Source: Takakia lepidozioides
Taxonomy: Eukaryota; Plantae; Bryophyta
Direction: 5' to 3'
Assembly (NCBI GenBank): GCA_030704615.1
Contig: CM060731.1
Span: forward strand, 52,638,001 to 52,702,000
Length of the DNA stretch: 64,000 nucleotides
Part shown: positions 1 to 14,051 of the stretch, in pieces
How positions within the stretch are numbered: the stretch's first letter is position 1
Layout of the letters: the number at the start of each line of letters is the position of its first letter
Notes under the pieces: model-generated
Told to the model about the DNA's origin: nothing
Seen by the model: only the letters and a program-made list of their open reading frames with translations
The model's database searches: none
Program-made: the position numbers and the translations under genes

Positions 1-1171
1 TCGAGTGGAGTTTGCAGAGGATGGTAACAGTGCAGTCAAATGCGTTGCTGCCAGGACAAGATCAAATTATGACACCAAGCTCAAAACAGAGGTAAGCTTT
101 AGATCCAGTTCTCAGGGGATGCAAAGTGCAGGAGAACATCAGGCACCTAAAGAGAGACAGACCAGAATCTAGGCCCACAAGCACAACATTGGTCCTTGTT
201 GTCACATTTTTGCCATCTTGATCATGATTCTGGTGTTCCTTAGTTTTTGGACTAAGGCTTGGCAAGTCTCAGAAGTATCAGCTGGGCAGTTCGACTGAAC
301 TTTGTGGACCACCCACTGCAGTGAGACATAGCAAATGGCTTGATGCATTAGAAAACAAGAGAAGAAATGAGAATTTGAAAGAGCCATTGAACGAGAGAAC
401 AGCCCCTTAGGGATAAAGAGAATGGGCAAAAGGGACAGATCTGACATGTAAGAGCTTCCAATCTGTGCCTGTCCACCCATCGGAGCCCTCTGTGGGCTTC
501 CAGTGGATATTATGAAGTTCCTTACTTTCTCTTTCACTCTGTCTCTGCTTGCCTTAATTCCTCAACAGCGTGACTGGCATTACAACCCCAGCTATGTAAT
601 GTCATATCAAGGAGCAGTGTTGGAATCCACCTCAAGCTTTCCTGTATGATGTCAGTACCAGCTCACACCAATCAGCTTTCAATTCCTGCAGCCTGGGGTG
701 TACCAGTTTTGGACACTGCTCCATGTACCCTGGGTAACTGAAAACCCACATTTGGATCTCAAGAAAGTTTGTATCCCCAGGTATGGTAAACCAGTATGCA
801 CAGGGAAATGTGAACAAGGACGTTGTGTCTATCTCTACCCTATTTCATTCAATGGATACATACGCTCATAGAAAACACCACTGAGCAACTCTCTCCCTCT
901 TGAGACCGGGCAAGTCCCAGTGGATAATCTATTCACAACTAGCTAGAAAGGTTACTATTAACTAATGACTAAAGTTACAAGTCTTGGGTAAATAATGGTC
1001 CTCGCCGATGCTTACTCGGTAATTTCTGGCCACAGACCTAAGCCAATCTCTTGAACAAGATTTTGTGCCACATACAGAACGTTTACATAGCCACAAAACA
1101 AATGCCAGCAAAACATTTCTACAGTTCCAAAAGGTTCTGAAACAAAACGTGTGGACAAACATGTACAGACA

Positions 1172-4100
1172 TCAACCACAAGGTGTTAGCTTCTTGTTTC
1201 CAGCCCCCCTGGGATGCTCATCCTTCCAGTCATCCCATGCCCGGGCCTTATCCTCAGCAGCTTCATCATCGCTATCATCACTCTTTTTAGAATCTCCCAC
1301 CCACGACGAGTTGGCAGCCTCATCAGCAGTCTTCTGGTTCTTTTCATTCCAAGTGCGCATCATCTCCATCTCTGCCAGACCAGCGTCCTCGATACTCATG
1401 CCAGGTAACCTGCAAGTTGACAATATGAATACTCACATCCAAATTGTTCCAGCAATAGTAGCACACATACATAAAGGCATTTCCCAGAGACACACATAAC
1501 CTGTAAAACTGCATGAGTGAGTGCATGCCAGTTTGCACAATACTCATACGGGTCGTCTCAACTTTTATACTAATGATTACACGCATAACACCTGCAAAGC
1601 CAATTATGTGAGAGAGCACTATACTGCATCAGCTACTGATTTAACTTGCACGCCCATGCGTTGTGGCCATAAGACCATGAACCTGGTGTGGACAGAGTAG
1701 CATAAAGGGGGATGGGAGAGGAGCAGAGCAGAACAGGGTCTACTATATAGAAGGCTCACTTGACAGAACCAAGAGAATGTACTCATGAGACATTGTGTGC
1801 ATAGCCTTGCCTGTGGCTGGGTTGAAACACTTCAGCTACAATGCGTTCACGTTCTGTCGAAAGGCTACCACTGACAACACTGGCAGGCCCAAAAAGGAAG
1901 GGGGCTTCGTGGGTGTGCTGGTGACCTTGCTGTATGCTGGCCCGCCCCTCTATGACGTCCTGTGCATATGTCGCACAGGTGATTGGAAGTGCTGGCCTTG
2001 ACACCCGGGCTTTCGTCGCAGCCTCCTTATGCCAACTTTCAGCCTTTGCATGCCTTTCATCTAGGATCTCCTTCATTAACATCTCCTTGCCACTCTGTGG
2101 TAGAAGTCCACAATTCTTGCTTTTAGCTCCTATCAAAACATCTGATTCTGGGACAAGGTGTTGGCAATTGTATGAATAATATGTATTTGAAAAACCTAGA
2201 CATATGCCTACTGGCTCAAATTTATGCTGCCCTGGTTGTCTCACAGGACATCAAACATATATGATACAATCCATAACCCATAGTTGGTAAAAAACTGGTA
2301 GCAGCTGTTACCTCCCCATTGGCTGACTGAACTGCACCCAGCATTTCCTCCTCTCGTTGTTGCATCTCAACCAGATCCAACGCCTGCCCTCCATAAACCA
2401 TGAAAGAACAACATAAGAAACAGCATAGAAGCAGTGCCTACGCCCATAGTCTTTACTCTGTATCTTGCCTTACATAAACATCTCGGTAAATAAGCTTGTT
2501 GAACAGTCACTTGAACAGTTACCAACATGTCGGCCATCACCGCCACTCTCACATCCGACTGTAGCCAGGCAAATAAAATCTACTATATGCCACCCAGTCT
2601 TCAGGTCTTGCTATCAAAGCCAGGTCTGTCATGTCTGCCAATGGATGCAAGACCTGTCAAACAAGAACATTTATTGCACTGTTGCACACGTGAGGCCCAT
2701 CAGACTCATCAAGCAGCCTGCGGATAAATGGGTTACTTTACACAATAAATAGAAAACATACTTTCAAGCTTCTACAAATTGCATGCATCTTATTGAAGCA
2801 GGAGAACTGTCACACTAACCTTGCAAAGAGCCAGCGATATCTGCATAAACCAAGCCTGCATATAGGTCACAAGTCCGCATATTCAGTACAAAGAAGTGAT
2901 CACATTTGACTTCTCTGGTGTAGATTACTCTCAAAACAGGACAACATGTCTACATAAAGGCACCACAAACCTCTCTTTCTTCTTCATCGTCCTCATCCAG
3001 CAAGTCTTCCTCACCGTGCTCTACAGCAGTGCCCTTGGCAGCTGCCTGCATAGAGCGCCTCCGCCGCTCCTTTCTTTCCTTGATTTCCTGCAGCTTCGAC
3101 TCTGCTTCTTTTTGCCTCTTAAAACGTGCCACCTACACAGTCCACAAGATCTTACATACATGTGAGTGGCCAACCTACCTGACATGAGGACAACTGCAGT
3201 CCGCACCATGAAACTCCCAATCTCCCCTCTTTCTCCTAAACCTTAGCTCCCACCTTCCTCTCTCTCTCGAACAATAGTTCTTATCTCTGGCTCTGGTTTT
3301 CTATTTCCTCTCTCATGTTTTCGTTCCATTTTGTCCCATAAGCTCTATGAGCTTTCCGCGGACGTTATAAAGCACCATTTCATTTCCTTTCTCTCTCTCT
3401 CTCTCTCTCTCTACCGGCGTCAGCCCCTGACAAAGGTAGTTTCTGTCCCTTTATGTTCCATTCAAATTGGGCGCGGGGTCAATGGCCACAAGGCTACGGC
3501 AAACAATGTCTTATGGGTACAATCTCTTGTGCAATTGCCCGTGGTATGGGCAACCTGAAGACAATATTCATTATGCGGGGTTCTCTCACCAGAGAAACAC
3601 TCTCTTCAAATCTATCAAAGGAATTGTGCCTGTACCTCGGTTTACCAACTTTGAAAGTCTAGAGGCTGAGCCAAAAGCCCAGGCCCTAGTTATTGGGCAA
3701 ACCACACACAGCAGGTTGATGCTTCTGTAAAGGGATTTCTAGAGGATTTCTGGGAAACCTGGATCAATTGTTTATTCCAAGGTAAGTCTTACTACCGGCG
3801 TCAGCCCCTGACAAAGGTAGGTTCTGTCCCTTTATGTTCCGCACAAACTGGGCACGGGGTCAAATGGCCACAGGCTACAGCAAGCAAAGTCTTATGAATA
3901 CATTCTCTCTCTCTCTCTCTTTTGTTCCCCCCCCCCAACTGGCCACGGGGTCTATGGCCACAGGATACGGCAAACAACATCTCATGAGTACATTATCTCT
4001 TCTTCTTTCACTATGGCAAACAACGTTTTATGCGCACATTCTTTCTTATCCTCTGTATCCCTTTGGGCCTTGGATCTCAACCGGATGTGATAGATTTCTC

Positions 4101-5496
4101 TCTCTCTCTTCCTCTCCGAAAACTTAGCCAGCCTTGCTTCTTTCCCAAGTCCCACCAGCAGTATCACTAGGAAGGTTAAACTCCCTGTTCTCTGACACGA
4201 TAGCATGTCCTCCACATCACAGATATCAATATTCTTTCCAGTTGCCAAGTTCAGAAAGGTGGCAGAGGCTTAAGCTCAAAAGTACGTGGATTATTGCAAT
4301 GAATATAAGCACGTAACATGCTAAAATTCCACCAATTTACCTTTTCTGCTCGGCGAGTCTCAGGGGTGGGAGGAGCCCCACGGGACAGTGCCTGTGCATC
4401 ACTCTGTGCAAGAAGCTCCAACTGCTCACATGATCTGATGTATGTCTGGTCAATTTGCACACCAACATATTTCAGAACATTGAGAATTTGGATGTACAAA
4501 CAAACACTATGGACCAGCCATCACACATGAGAAGTTGTACTTAAATTAGATAGATTCCTACCAGGCACTCACTACCTCCAGTGTAATTTGCTTCACAAAA
4601 TGGTATTTTACCAGTAAATATGCTTTGGCAACCCTCAATAACTGGAGTCGATCATCAGTTGTGAGCTTCTCTGTAAGATCTCCCAAATAGTATGGCACCT
4701 GTCAACACAGTTACATTGATTGATAAGTTGTTGATCTCCCCCACCTTGTTCCTCATCTCAAGCCAGTGTGGAGGAGAGGGAGAAGGAGAGTAAATTATTC
4801 CTCAATCACAAGTTGCATTTGTCGCTCAACAAATCCAGGTTGATCAGTAAAAATGTGTCTGAGTAGAGGCGCAGGAAATAATGAGGAAACAATGAAAGAC
4901 GATAAGGACGATCCTGGGACATACCAACAAATATTTAAGATTGACAGTGCTGATGTCTTCCTTCTCCTCATTGGCAGAAAACAGAGCCAACTTGTCAATC
5001 TTGTCCTGGCATTGCTCCAGCATTTGGCAAGCTCTCTTGACCTCTCCCTGTAACAGTCCCAAGAGACAGCCATAGCAAACCTGTCACTTGACTCAGCTCC
5101 AACCATTTGAAAACGTGGTGGTATTAGGTGTCTAGGGCAAGAGTCAGTCTCAACTACAATTCAACCATGATTACAACTCCACAACCCTAGAGGGCATGTG
5201 GTAAATGCACAACTAGGTGCACAGAGACAGGCTTGACAGTATGGTTAAGAGAATTAACCTACCAAAAAAACCCAAGTTAACCTGCCAGAAATCCTAACTG
5301 CTTGCTGCCTGGCCCAGACCGCAGTGCAAAGGAAGTGAGTGCGTGGAAGATGTCAGGTCACTTTAAAAAATGCGGAGAGTAGGAGAAAATAGACACTTAC
5401 AAAATCAACTATAGATGAAGAAGACAGTAAGTGAATTTGCTGAGCTTGATCAAATAGATGTGGCAGAGGCACATCCTCCAAAAGTTCCTCCACCAT
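1172..5496 (-). CDS. TAP46: PP2A regulatory subunit TAP46 (TAP42/alpha4 family), 9 exons, 400 aa
   Basis: Exons assembled by hand with consistent phases: 5496-5401, 5047-4925, 4698-4612, 4445-4341, 3132-2971, 2855-2820, 2383-2312, 2094-1811, 1409-1172 (1203 nt). Family motifs: LFSANEEKEDISTVNLKYLLVPYYLG, RRAEKVARFKRQK, and C-terminal KARAWDDWKDEHPRGAGNKKLTPCG*. Confidence 0.95.
3411..3990. repeat. Duplicated ~110-bp module in TAP46 intron 4, flanked by (CT)n tracts
   Basis: ctaccggcgtcagcccctgacaaaggtag..tctgtccctttatgttcc...ggggtc..atggccaca occurs at ~3411 and ~3792, with a third partial copy at ~3940. Confidence 0.75.
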
Positions 5497-6531
5497 AATT
5501 CCTACCACTCCGTCTTCAGTCTCTCTCAAATCTCACCTGACAGACTGAAGGTTAGTATCAGAAAAGAGTGCGGACGATGCAGATGAGTATAGATCTTGTT
5601 GTCTAGGGCCTGTAGTCGTGCTCTGTCAGCAAGAATTTACACGAGCATCCGCAGAATTGGTGCCCTCAACCTTTGGCTTCTTCGGTGCAATTAGGGCACA
5701 AATCAGAAGTACAATAGCGGAATGGAATTTCCAGACAGCTGTAACTTTAGCGTGTACAAGAGAATGTGACAACAAGATTCTAATCAGACGACCGATCTCT
5801 AAATTAATGGCAGAGGAGTTCAGTGATTGAGGAGAGGTCCTCGTAGAAGAGGGAAAAATAATATCGGAAGAGGGGGGTCAAGTGACGCGGAGAGAGCGCA
5901 AGGAACGGTACTTCAGTGTATAACAGGACAGATTCTTGGGACTTGGTCCAGATGTCCAACGAGATCCCGAATTCGCTATGATTTAAGCCCTAGCCCTAAG
6001 CCTAACCTGATGGTTCTTTCGTTCTTTCCTTCTGAAAAGCTCGATATCGGTGCCAAGCAGGTAAATGTACTACGGCGGGCGCGTCACTGGACGTGATCCA
6101 GCCCGTATCCGATGGCACTGTTCGAAGACCTTGGATGGTGTTAGGAGCGTAATCGACAGCTTGCTTCTCCTTCTCTTACTTCATCAATCATCTATCTGCA
6201 ATTCTGGTAATATTACGTTCTTTTGCATGAGAGAGACAGTGCTCGCTGGCAATCCTAGCCACTCTGCGGCCATTGAATCAGCAGTGGAAACGAGAACCCA
6301 TGCTTCCCTTCAGTTAACCTCCTACAAGCATCAGAATTTTCTACCTTTTCAGTTTGTACTTACACATAACGATCTGTGAGTAATCATATATGGGGCATTA
6401 AGCACAGCATGCCTTTCTCAGCAGCAAAGGTGAGGTCCTCCTGGAACGACAGCCAGACTTTTTTTGGTCATTCCAGCAGGGCCCAGGACAAACTGGCGCT
6501 CCACACCAACGTCCCAACGACTCGAATTAAT

Positions 6532-7106
6532 CTACAGTGGCAAATCCAGCCACCTGGATACAGACGCACCCAGAGAGCTGAAAGCAAACTGCATCAAGGA
6601 ACCTGAAAATGAAATTGAAAATAATAGATGAATGGGGTGTCTGTGGATGTGACTAACCGGAAACAGTCAGACCCAACATCAAATGCAGTGTGCCTAGAAA
6701 ACATATGAGAAAGGGTATTTGTTCAGAGTTACCAGTCCTGAAGTAGAAACCCTGCACTTCCTGCTGCTCCTTCTCCACTATTGTGGATTGTGAACTAGCC
6801 TCACCAGAATGGCCACTCGTACCATAGCCTCCCTGTATAAGCACAAAAGATCAAGTAACCACCTTGGATATGTTAGGCTGTTCCCTGAATTGTCACCTCT
6901 TCTATCCAATCCATCAAGTAGGATAGACAGCCAAGTCAACCACCTGGACTGACCAAGCTTTTACCACAACAACGACGATGAACAGAGTTACCTTATTGGA
7001 ACCCTTGCCACCTCTCCCATAGAGCTCTGGTTTGAATGTGCACTCAGCCATCTCCTTATTATGTATCTCTTGTCGCATGGCTTCCACCTTTTGTTCCCTT
7101 TTATCT
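6532..7106 (-). CDS. 3' exons of an unidentified intron-containing gene (contains an ECTFKP motif)
   Basis: GT-AG bounded, phase-consistent exons 7106-6992 (DKREQKVEAMRQEIHNKEMAECTFKPELYGRGGKGSNK), 6832-6733 and 6602-6532 (ends ..WLDLPL TAG). No upstream exons were identified. Confidence 0.5.
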
Positions 7107-7560
7107 CTATCCAAACAGATAAGCTTATACCACTGGCGGCTTGAGCTGCACATGGAAAGGAAAATGGCAATTGTGTGATGATTTGAATATCAATGTGGCA
7201 TAGCTACATACAGACAGAAAAAAAGGAACTTCATAACATCCATTGGAAGCTCAAAGAGCTTACAGGACAAAGGAAAGCAGGATACAAAAAGGAAAGTGTG
7301 GCCATCAACCAACAGCCTGAAACAAAGTAATCCACATAGGAGATTCTCTAACGTTGAGAGACTCATTGAGATATGTGGCCAAGCATATCTGCAAGAAAGA
7401 GAAATAAAAGGAGCTTCATGATGTCCAAGGAAGTACAAAGCTTGCTACTATAGCCCATGTAAGCAGTTTTTATAAAAGCGACCAGGTTTGAGCTTTTTTT
7501 TTAAATCGGTCTTGCCACCGTAAAATGCTGCTTCAGTATAAATTTCTCTTTCTCCTTACG

Positions 7561-10500
7561 GTGGATGGGCTATAAAAAATTTCATGCATGTCCATGTGAT
7601 AAAACCCTATACTATGGAGAGGATTCGCGTCTCACCAAGTGCCCAAAGTGCAAGGAATACCGATGTCGGGATGATGTCCAAGGGAAAAAAGTACCACTCA
7701 AGGTATAAGAGTCATTCCCCCTCGCATGGAAATTTTCTTCTTTAATCTTGTCAATGCATGTCAAGTAAATTCCACAAAGTTTGGGGTTTAGAGATCAGTA
7801 GTACTCATGCAAGATCTGATTGTGGCTTTGGAAGGAGTGAGTAATACTAGCGACATTCGGTTTTGACCATTTACGCCCAAATGAGGGAGAGGTTATAAAG
7901 GGAAAGACATAAGGATGTTGTATTATGTGTCATAATGGGCTGATTATATGTGGGGGACGTGGGGTATTTCATCCTAGAAAATGCATTACTTTCCGTTCAT
8001 CCCGCGATTGAAGGCACACTATCGAAGCCCGGAGTTGGCAACACTGATGAAATGGCACGCCTCGCATCGGAGCCCCCCGGGAAAGGTGAGCGGGCCACAA
8101 GATTCACAAGCATGGAGGCATACTGAAGAGATGTGGCATTTTCTCTTGGAGGACCCACGACAGGTCCTCCTCGGCTTCTCCTCGGATGGGGTCAACCCAC
8201 ACTCTCTCTAGTCATGTAGTCATTCCACTTGGCCAGTGACCTTGGTGAATTACAACATCCCTCCGTATCTTTCAATAAAAAAATGCCATATCATGTTGGC
8301 TGCCATTGTATCAGGTGAGTGTTCCCATTTCATGCTTATTATTCCCTTGGACTTTACATTAATCTTATGATCTCTGGCGCAATTTGGATGCAAGATTGAT
8401 GAGTGACATAATCATGGAGTAAGACGTGTAATTCATTATGTAGTATAATTTGTATATTGGTGAAGCATTGAAACAATGATGTGAATGTCTCATAGGGAAA
8501 AAACAAGTGACAAACATGGACACGTACTTGCGACCTCTAGTTGATGAACTTAAGGAACTATGGAGGGGGGTCCCGACATTGGATGCTTCACTTGACCCTA
8601 TGGCCGGACAATCTTTTCAGTTGAGAAGCATATTGGACAATGCATGATTATCGAGGTATATTATGTTCCCCATGAAGAACCCGCGTACATTTACTTGTCA
8701 AGGCCGGATAGTCTTGTCAAGGCTACAGTCTTGTGCACCGTAGTGGGGTAGATGGCACTATGGGCCATGCACATGATAACTTCTTGTCTTGGCTAATGTG
8801 GCGGGATGTGTACATGACTAACTGTTTGCTCGGGACTAAGCACCAAAGGGTACCATGCGTGCTTGCATTGTGGCGATGATCTTGATGCACATAGTTCCCG
8901 CCATCTTCGCAAGATGGTGTATCCCAATTACCGCAAGTTTCTTCCTATGAGATGGAGAAGAAGAGAGAAACACTTGTTTGATGGCAAAGAGGAGGTACAT
9001 CCGCCCCCTGTGACACCATCCAGGCAGTTTTGGCAAGACCGATGGAAGGAGGCCCATGCGGGTATGGTCGGTGAAGTGGACGTACCCAGCATCAAGCGAC
9101 TTTCAATCTTCTACGAGTTGTCATATTGGGCGATACGTATTCCACAAAAACACCGTCAATATCTCTATGCATGCATGTGATATTGCACATTTGGTATGCG
9201 TTGCATTGTCACTTTCAAGTCAAAAAATTTGTTTAAGTATTTGTGGGTAGGGATATATGTAGGACCTGAAGATTTGTCAACTTCTAGATCCCATGCATAT
9301 TGAGAAGAATGTCTGCTCGTCCTTTTTTCGAGTTCTTCATGGCACGCCGGTAAAGAAGGGAGTAGCTACAAAAGGAGATTTTCTCGGTGTTAGAAATGAG
9401 CTTGAGGAGCAGGGTTGCATGCGCCATCTATGGGCCGAACAAAATGGTGTGGACCCAAAGGGTGTTGTACGGTGGAAGTATAGGCGCGCACCTTGACAAT
9501 GGACAAAGGAGGAATACAATAATGTGATAGCCACCATAGGTGTTGTCCGAACACCAACTGGATATGGGTCATCCCTCTGTATGAAGTTCAATGAAGACGA
9601 GGTCCATGGTTTGAAGTCTCATGACTACCACAATATTTTACAAGACATCTTGCCCATTGTAGTACGTGGGACATTGACTCCCGAGGTCCGCGAGACAATC
9701 CACAGATTGAGAGGCTTGTTTTGGTGGATTTGCTCCAAAGAGTTGGAGGAAGCGGATTTTCCACGCATGAAGTAGGAGGCGGCGGAGATAATGTGTATGT
9801 TGGAGATGAACCTTCCTCCCTCCTTCTTTGACATCCAAGTGTACTTGGTAGTGCACTTGGTGGAAGAGGCTTCGATTGTCGGCCCCGTTCATTCTCGGTG
9901 GATGTACTTCCTTGAGCATTACATGAAGACTGTGAAAGCATTTATAAGACAAATGTCGCACCCGGAAGATAGCAAGGGGGATGGGTATACATTGCAAGAA
10001 GCTATGTTCTATTGCATGGAGTACATGGCAAGGGCGGATGAGGAAGCCCCTCGAATATGGAAGAAAGAGGAGGATGCACAAACTAATCGTTTTGCCCAAA
10101 AAATCGAAGAGGGTAAAATTGCCGACCTTGGTTATTGAGCAAGCGCATGACTTCATACTGAAGGACGCCTCATCCATACATGAGTGGGAGACAAGATACA
10201 ATAACCTTGTTCAACAACGAAAGGAGGAGACGCTTGCATGGAGGCGGAACCATCCAAGGCCGGTTACTAGACGCCGTCGACGAGGAGCGGGCCGCCGGAA
10301 TGTTCTTTCACAAGATTTGCCCATGGAATTGCAGCCTCTAAGTTCATTCCAACAGTGGCTCAAGACTTCAGTTTATGACGCCATTTCTCAAGGTGAGGTG
10401 GTTTCAGATATGGTGCAAGACCTTGCAAGAGGTCCCTTTCAATTCGCGACCTCATACACGGCGGTTTGGGATCACGGTCGTCATTTCCGCATTCGTGCTC

Positions 10501-10740
10501 TTGACATGAAGCGCAAAACAACGTTTGATTCTGGCTTGTGTGCCACATATTGGCAAGACTCCGTGTGGGGTAAGGGAGATACACGACCTGCTATGAGCAA
10601 ACTTGAGTACATTGGAGAGCTTGAGAGCATATTCCAACTTTAGTATACAAGGTACCGGCCTCTTCTCTTCAAGGGAAGGTGGTTCCAGCCACATCTTGTG
10701 GGGCCCTCCGCAACACTAGTGCAAGATGATTGTGGTTTAA
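7561..10740 (+). pseudogene. CACTA/EnSpm TnpD-type transposase, decayed (Transposase_21 + DUF4218 + DUF4216-like), element CACTA-1
   Basis: Motifs HACPCDKTLY..CPKC, MHYFPFIPRLK, GFSSDGVNP, STWPV..VNYNIPP, DPMHIEKNV, GLKSHDYH, PPSFFDIQVYLVVHLVEE..GPVHSRWMYFLE. Intron-like GT..AG gaps, several stops and frameshifts. Confidence 0.9.
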
Positions 10741-11169
10741 TAGACCTTATATGATGAAGCTCCAGAAGATACGAATGTTGGAGAAGGAGATGAAGACACC
10801 GCCATTGACAACGAGGTGGAGGATGATTCGGAGGTGCATTTTGAGGGCCGGACCATTTATGACGATGACTCCGATGACCAAGAAGATTTGCAGCTTAATG
10901 AGGATGAAGAAGCTCCGGATAATGATGTTCAAGTTGATTAGACACGTAATCAAAGCTACATAATAAATCTCGCACCGAACTGGACCCATCCCTTCGATTG
11001 ATTGTACATGTACATGCATATTGCAGTTTATTTCTATGATTCATCAATGGTCTTGCAATCATCTCTCTCTGTCTCTCTCTGTCTCTCGATGATGCAAACA
11101 AATCTATTAATAACCAAGAGAGACAGGGAGAGAAGGAGAGAGAGAGGAGGGGCAAGGAAAGAAAAACAG

Positions 11170-11507
11170 AGAGGTGCCCCCCCCCAAGAGTGTCATCCCC
11201 CGTCCCCACCCCCTCTCCCTGCCTCTTAACTCAAAGAAAAATACCGCCCCCCCTTGCCACCCCCCGCCATGGCAAGCCAAAAAACTCGTCGCAATACCCC
11301 CTTACCACGCCCGGCCATCGCAGAGGCCTTTTCCCACTTCAAGCCACCTTGCCACGCCCGACCGTGGCAAGTGGGGCCGCCCCCCTTTGCGACGGCCAGG
11401 CGTGGCAAGAAAATGCTACATCTTGCCCTTGAGGCCACCTTGCCATGTTTCGGCGTCCCAGGATGATCCCGACGCTGGGGGGCGACACCTGGGCGCTGGT
11501 GTAGATG
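11170..11507 (+). repeat. GC-rich subterminal repeats and probable degenerate 3' TIR of CACTA-1
   Basis: Repeated ttgccac/gtggcaa motifs in both orientations. The block ends in ctggtgtagatg, the reverse complement of CACTACACCAG plus one extra base. Confidence 0.5.
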
Positions 11508-13091
11508 CATATATTGGTACAAATTTCTTTTCAGATCGTTTTTAATCTTAAGGCAGACAGTTGAGGCATTGTATTGCCAAAGCAGGGCAGTTTGCGAGTT
11601 ATCTGGGAATCGCAGGTAAAGCACGTAGGAATTTAAATTATGTCTGAGACGACCATGGAGGAGCTCTGGCATCAAAATGACAGTAGGGAGCTGCATCGAC
11701 AGCAAGTTAGGCTGTCAATTCGGTACCAGTAACGACAACATGCACATGTTCAAAACAATACATGACAACTGTTCCAATCCCGGATTGTGATCTCTCTATT
11801 CTCCCGCCTTTCAAGTCCAGTAGGAGCACACAGCGAGGAGTCTTGGCAATTGGAGAAAACAATCTGTACAACGATGAAATATCGCGACAAAGCAAGTGCT
11901 GCATCGGAGCAAACGACGGGTGAAGGAGCTTCCCGGCAAAGTTTTGAACTCCTAAGCGATGCAAAGTGTGTAGGAGGAAACTCCAGATGATCTGTGACCC
12001 AGTGGCAAGGCCAAAGACCCCCCGGGGGCACCACCAGTATTTTTACTGTCAGGAAGCGGCAGATTGCCTATATGGCGAAACCATGGAAACCAACCAAAGG
12101 TGTGGCTTTTCTTCCCCGATTCCTTTGAGATTTTACGGGCAGCTATGGGCCATCTAATTATAATTTTTCACCAAGTTTGGGGATTTTTGGAGGTGATGAG
12201 AGACGGCATCAAATTATCACGCCGGAGGCAATTGCGAAAGGCGATTAAATGGAATTCTAGTTCATCCAATGGATGAAAACTGGAAATTCGACCTACAAGC
12301 TGGAGGGATGAGAACTGGTCATCCATTGGATGGATGAAAAACCAGACTTATCATTAATACCAAGGTTTTCCATCCATGGTTATTATTTTATGGTGTTCTA
12401 TCGTTTTTAAATTATAGACTCATGTAGGAAATAATAGTTTAAGACTATCCTTCACTAGTTTAAGAGGCCCCAAAAACACAATAAAAGAAGAACAGGCTCC
12501 TCTTGTTATTCAATCTAGTCTCATTTCCTTGTTTTGGCCTCTTGCTTGTGTAGTTAGTTTTGAGTTTGAGGGAGCTAGTTCCTAGAGAGTTGAGCTTGTG
12601 GCTCTCTAGTAATAGAAGCAAGCATAGTGAGAGCAGGATAGTCCTAGCTCAAGGCCTCGTGGCCATTTGAGGCAAGAAGTAGAGGAAACACTCCATGAAG
12701 TGAGAGACTTGAGGACGAGTAGGAGTGCAGGAGGAGGACCAGATTTGAGTACCATTCTACCGAGCGATTTAGTTCATCCCAAGCACCACTTATTTCAGAG
12801 GGTGACTTACCATGCTATCTTGATATTTGAATTCATTTGTTTCATTTGTTGTTCAAGCTTGTTCCAAGAAGGGACCTTATAACATTGCTTGCTAAAAATC
12901 TATAAAAACTAACCCTCTTTCAAAGAGGATGTGTGTGCATCTCTATTGTCATGGTTTTAGTCATGGTTATCTAGAATTACCTACTTCTAGTTAACTAGGA
13001 CATTTTAGATATTTATATTTATATTTTGTGTGTTGGGACTTCATTTGGTCTCACATGCCAAGTGAGGTATCGAGCCTCACTTGGGACATGG

Positions 13092-14051
13092 TGTCGAACG
13101 GCTTTTACTCACCCATCCCTTCGCTATCCGAGGTGGAAACTCCAAGATAGAAGAGTTGGATATTTCTAAGCACTCAGCCCGCTCGGTACAATCAGTCATG
13201 ACCTACAGCTAGTGAATCATGGTTGTGCTTCCCATTTGTATTCCTTCTTGCCTTCATGTTATCAATTCACCTTATCTGATACTGAAGCATCAGATTGTTT
13301 CAGTATCTACTTAATTCCAATTAATCATGCATTCATTTCACAGCTTCACTCATATCACTATACACAGTGTGCTTGTATCGAATAGGTATCAGATTATGAT
13401 TTATCAGGTATCAGGCCAATGCCATGGTGACTCTAATCTGCCCTACAGTTTCACTACAGCTTTGCATGTAGCAAGCATCTACTGTTCATCTCTCCTCCTT
13501 CTCTCTGCTCTCGTTCTTGCTCTCCGCCTGATCTCCTCTCCTCCATGACCAAGAAGCGCTCCCTGTCTCCTCTTTCCGTTGCCGCTCTCCTTATCTGCCC
13601 CCAAGCTGTTCTAACCACCTAACTAATTAACCGTCATCCCTGAAGTAACACGTTCCTTCTGCAGATGTCATTCCCTCACAGTCGTTCCCTCCCAATGATA
13701 ACTGTTCCCCATGTACTGTGACAGGCTGTGTCAAGCTGTGCCGAGCTGTGACTGGCTGTGTAAGGCTGTTTCGGGCTGTGACGGGCTGTGTCGGCTGTGA
13801 CGGGCTGTGTCAGGATGTGTTGGCTGTGACGGGCTGTGTCGGGCTGTGACGGGCTGTGCCGGGTTGTGACGGGCTGTGTAAAGCTGTGTCGGGCTGTGTA
13901 ACCCCCCTAAAGCCTGCTGCTGCCACCCCTAAGGCTCCTGTTGGTCTCAGTCTGCGCAAAAATTAAGGGTACCCCACAGAACCCATAAAAGCGTCTAAGT
14001 CCCAAGCAGCCCTCTAACATTTACCCCTCCCCCTCTCAAAAAACCGTGTCC
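13092..14051 (-). mobile_element. Family A 3' LTR (13092-14020) plus PPT, copy A0, truncated by a CACTA insertion
   Basis: Reverse complement of the family A LTR (TGTTAGAGG...CGACA) with the ggctgtg array. The PPT-containing flank at 14021-14051 matches 38445-38475 and 59319-59350. More diverged than the A1 LTRs. Confidence 0.9.

Noticed and set aside
1-1170. Short ORFs and possible exon ends of a neighbouring gene
   Set aside because: No recognisable homology or consistent exon chain; may be UTR or intergenic sequence.
11560-13091. Possible LTR or internal remnant of another retroelement, including a 10-bp hairpin at ~13058-13084
   Set aside because: It looks TE-derived, but there is no second copy, terminus, PBS/PPT or coding motif in the window to support a call.
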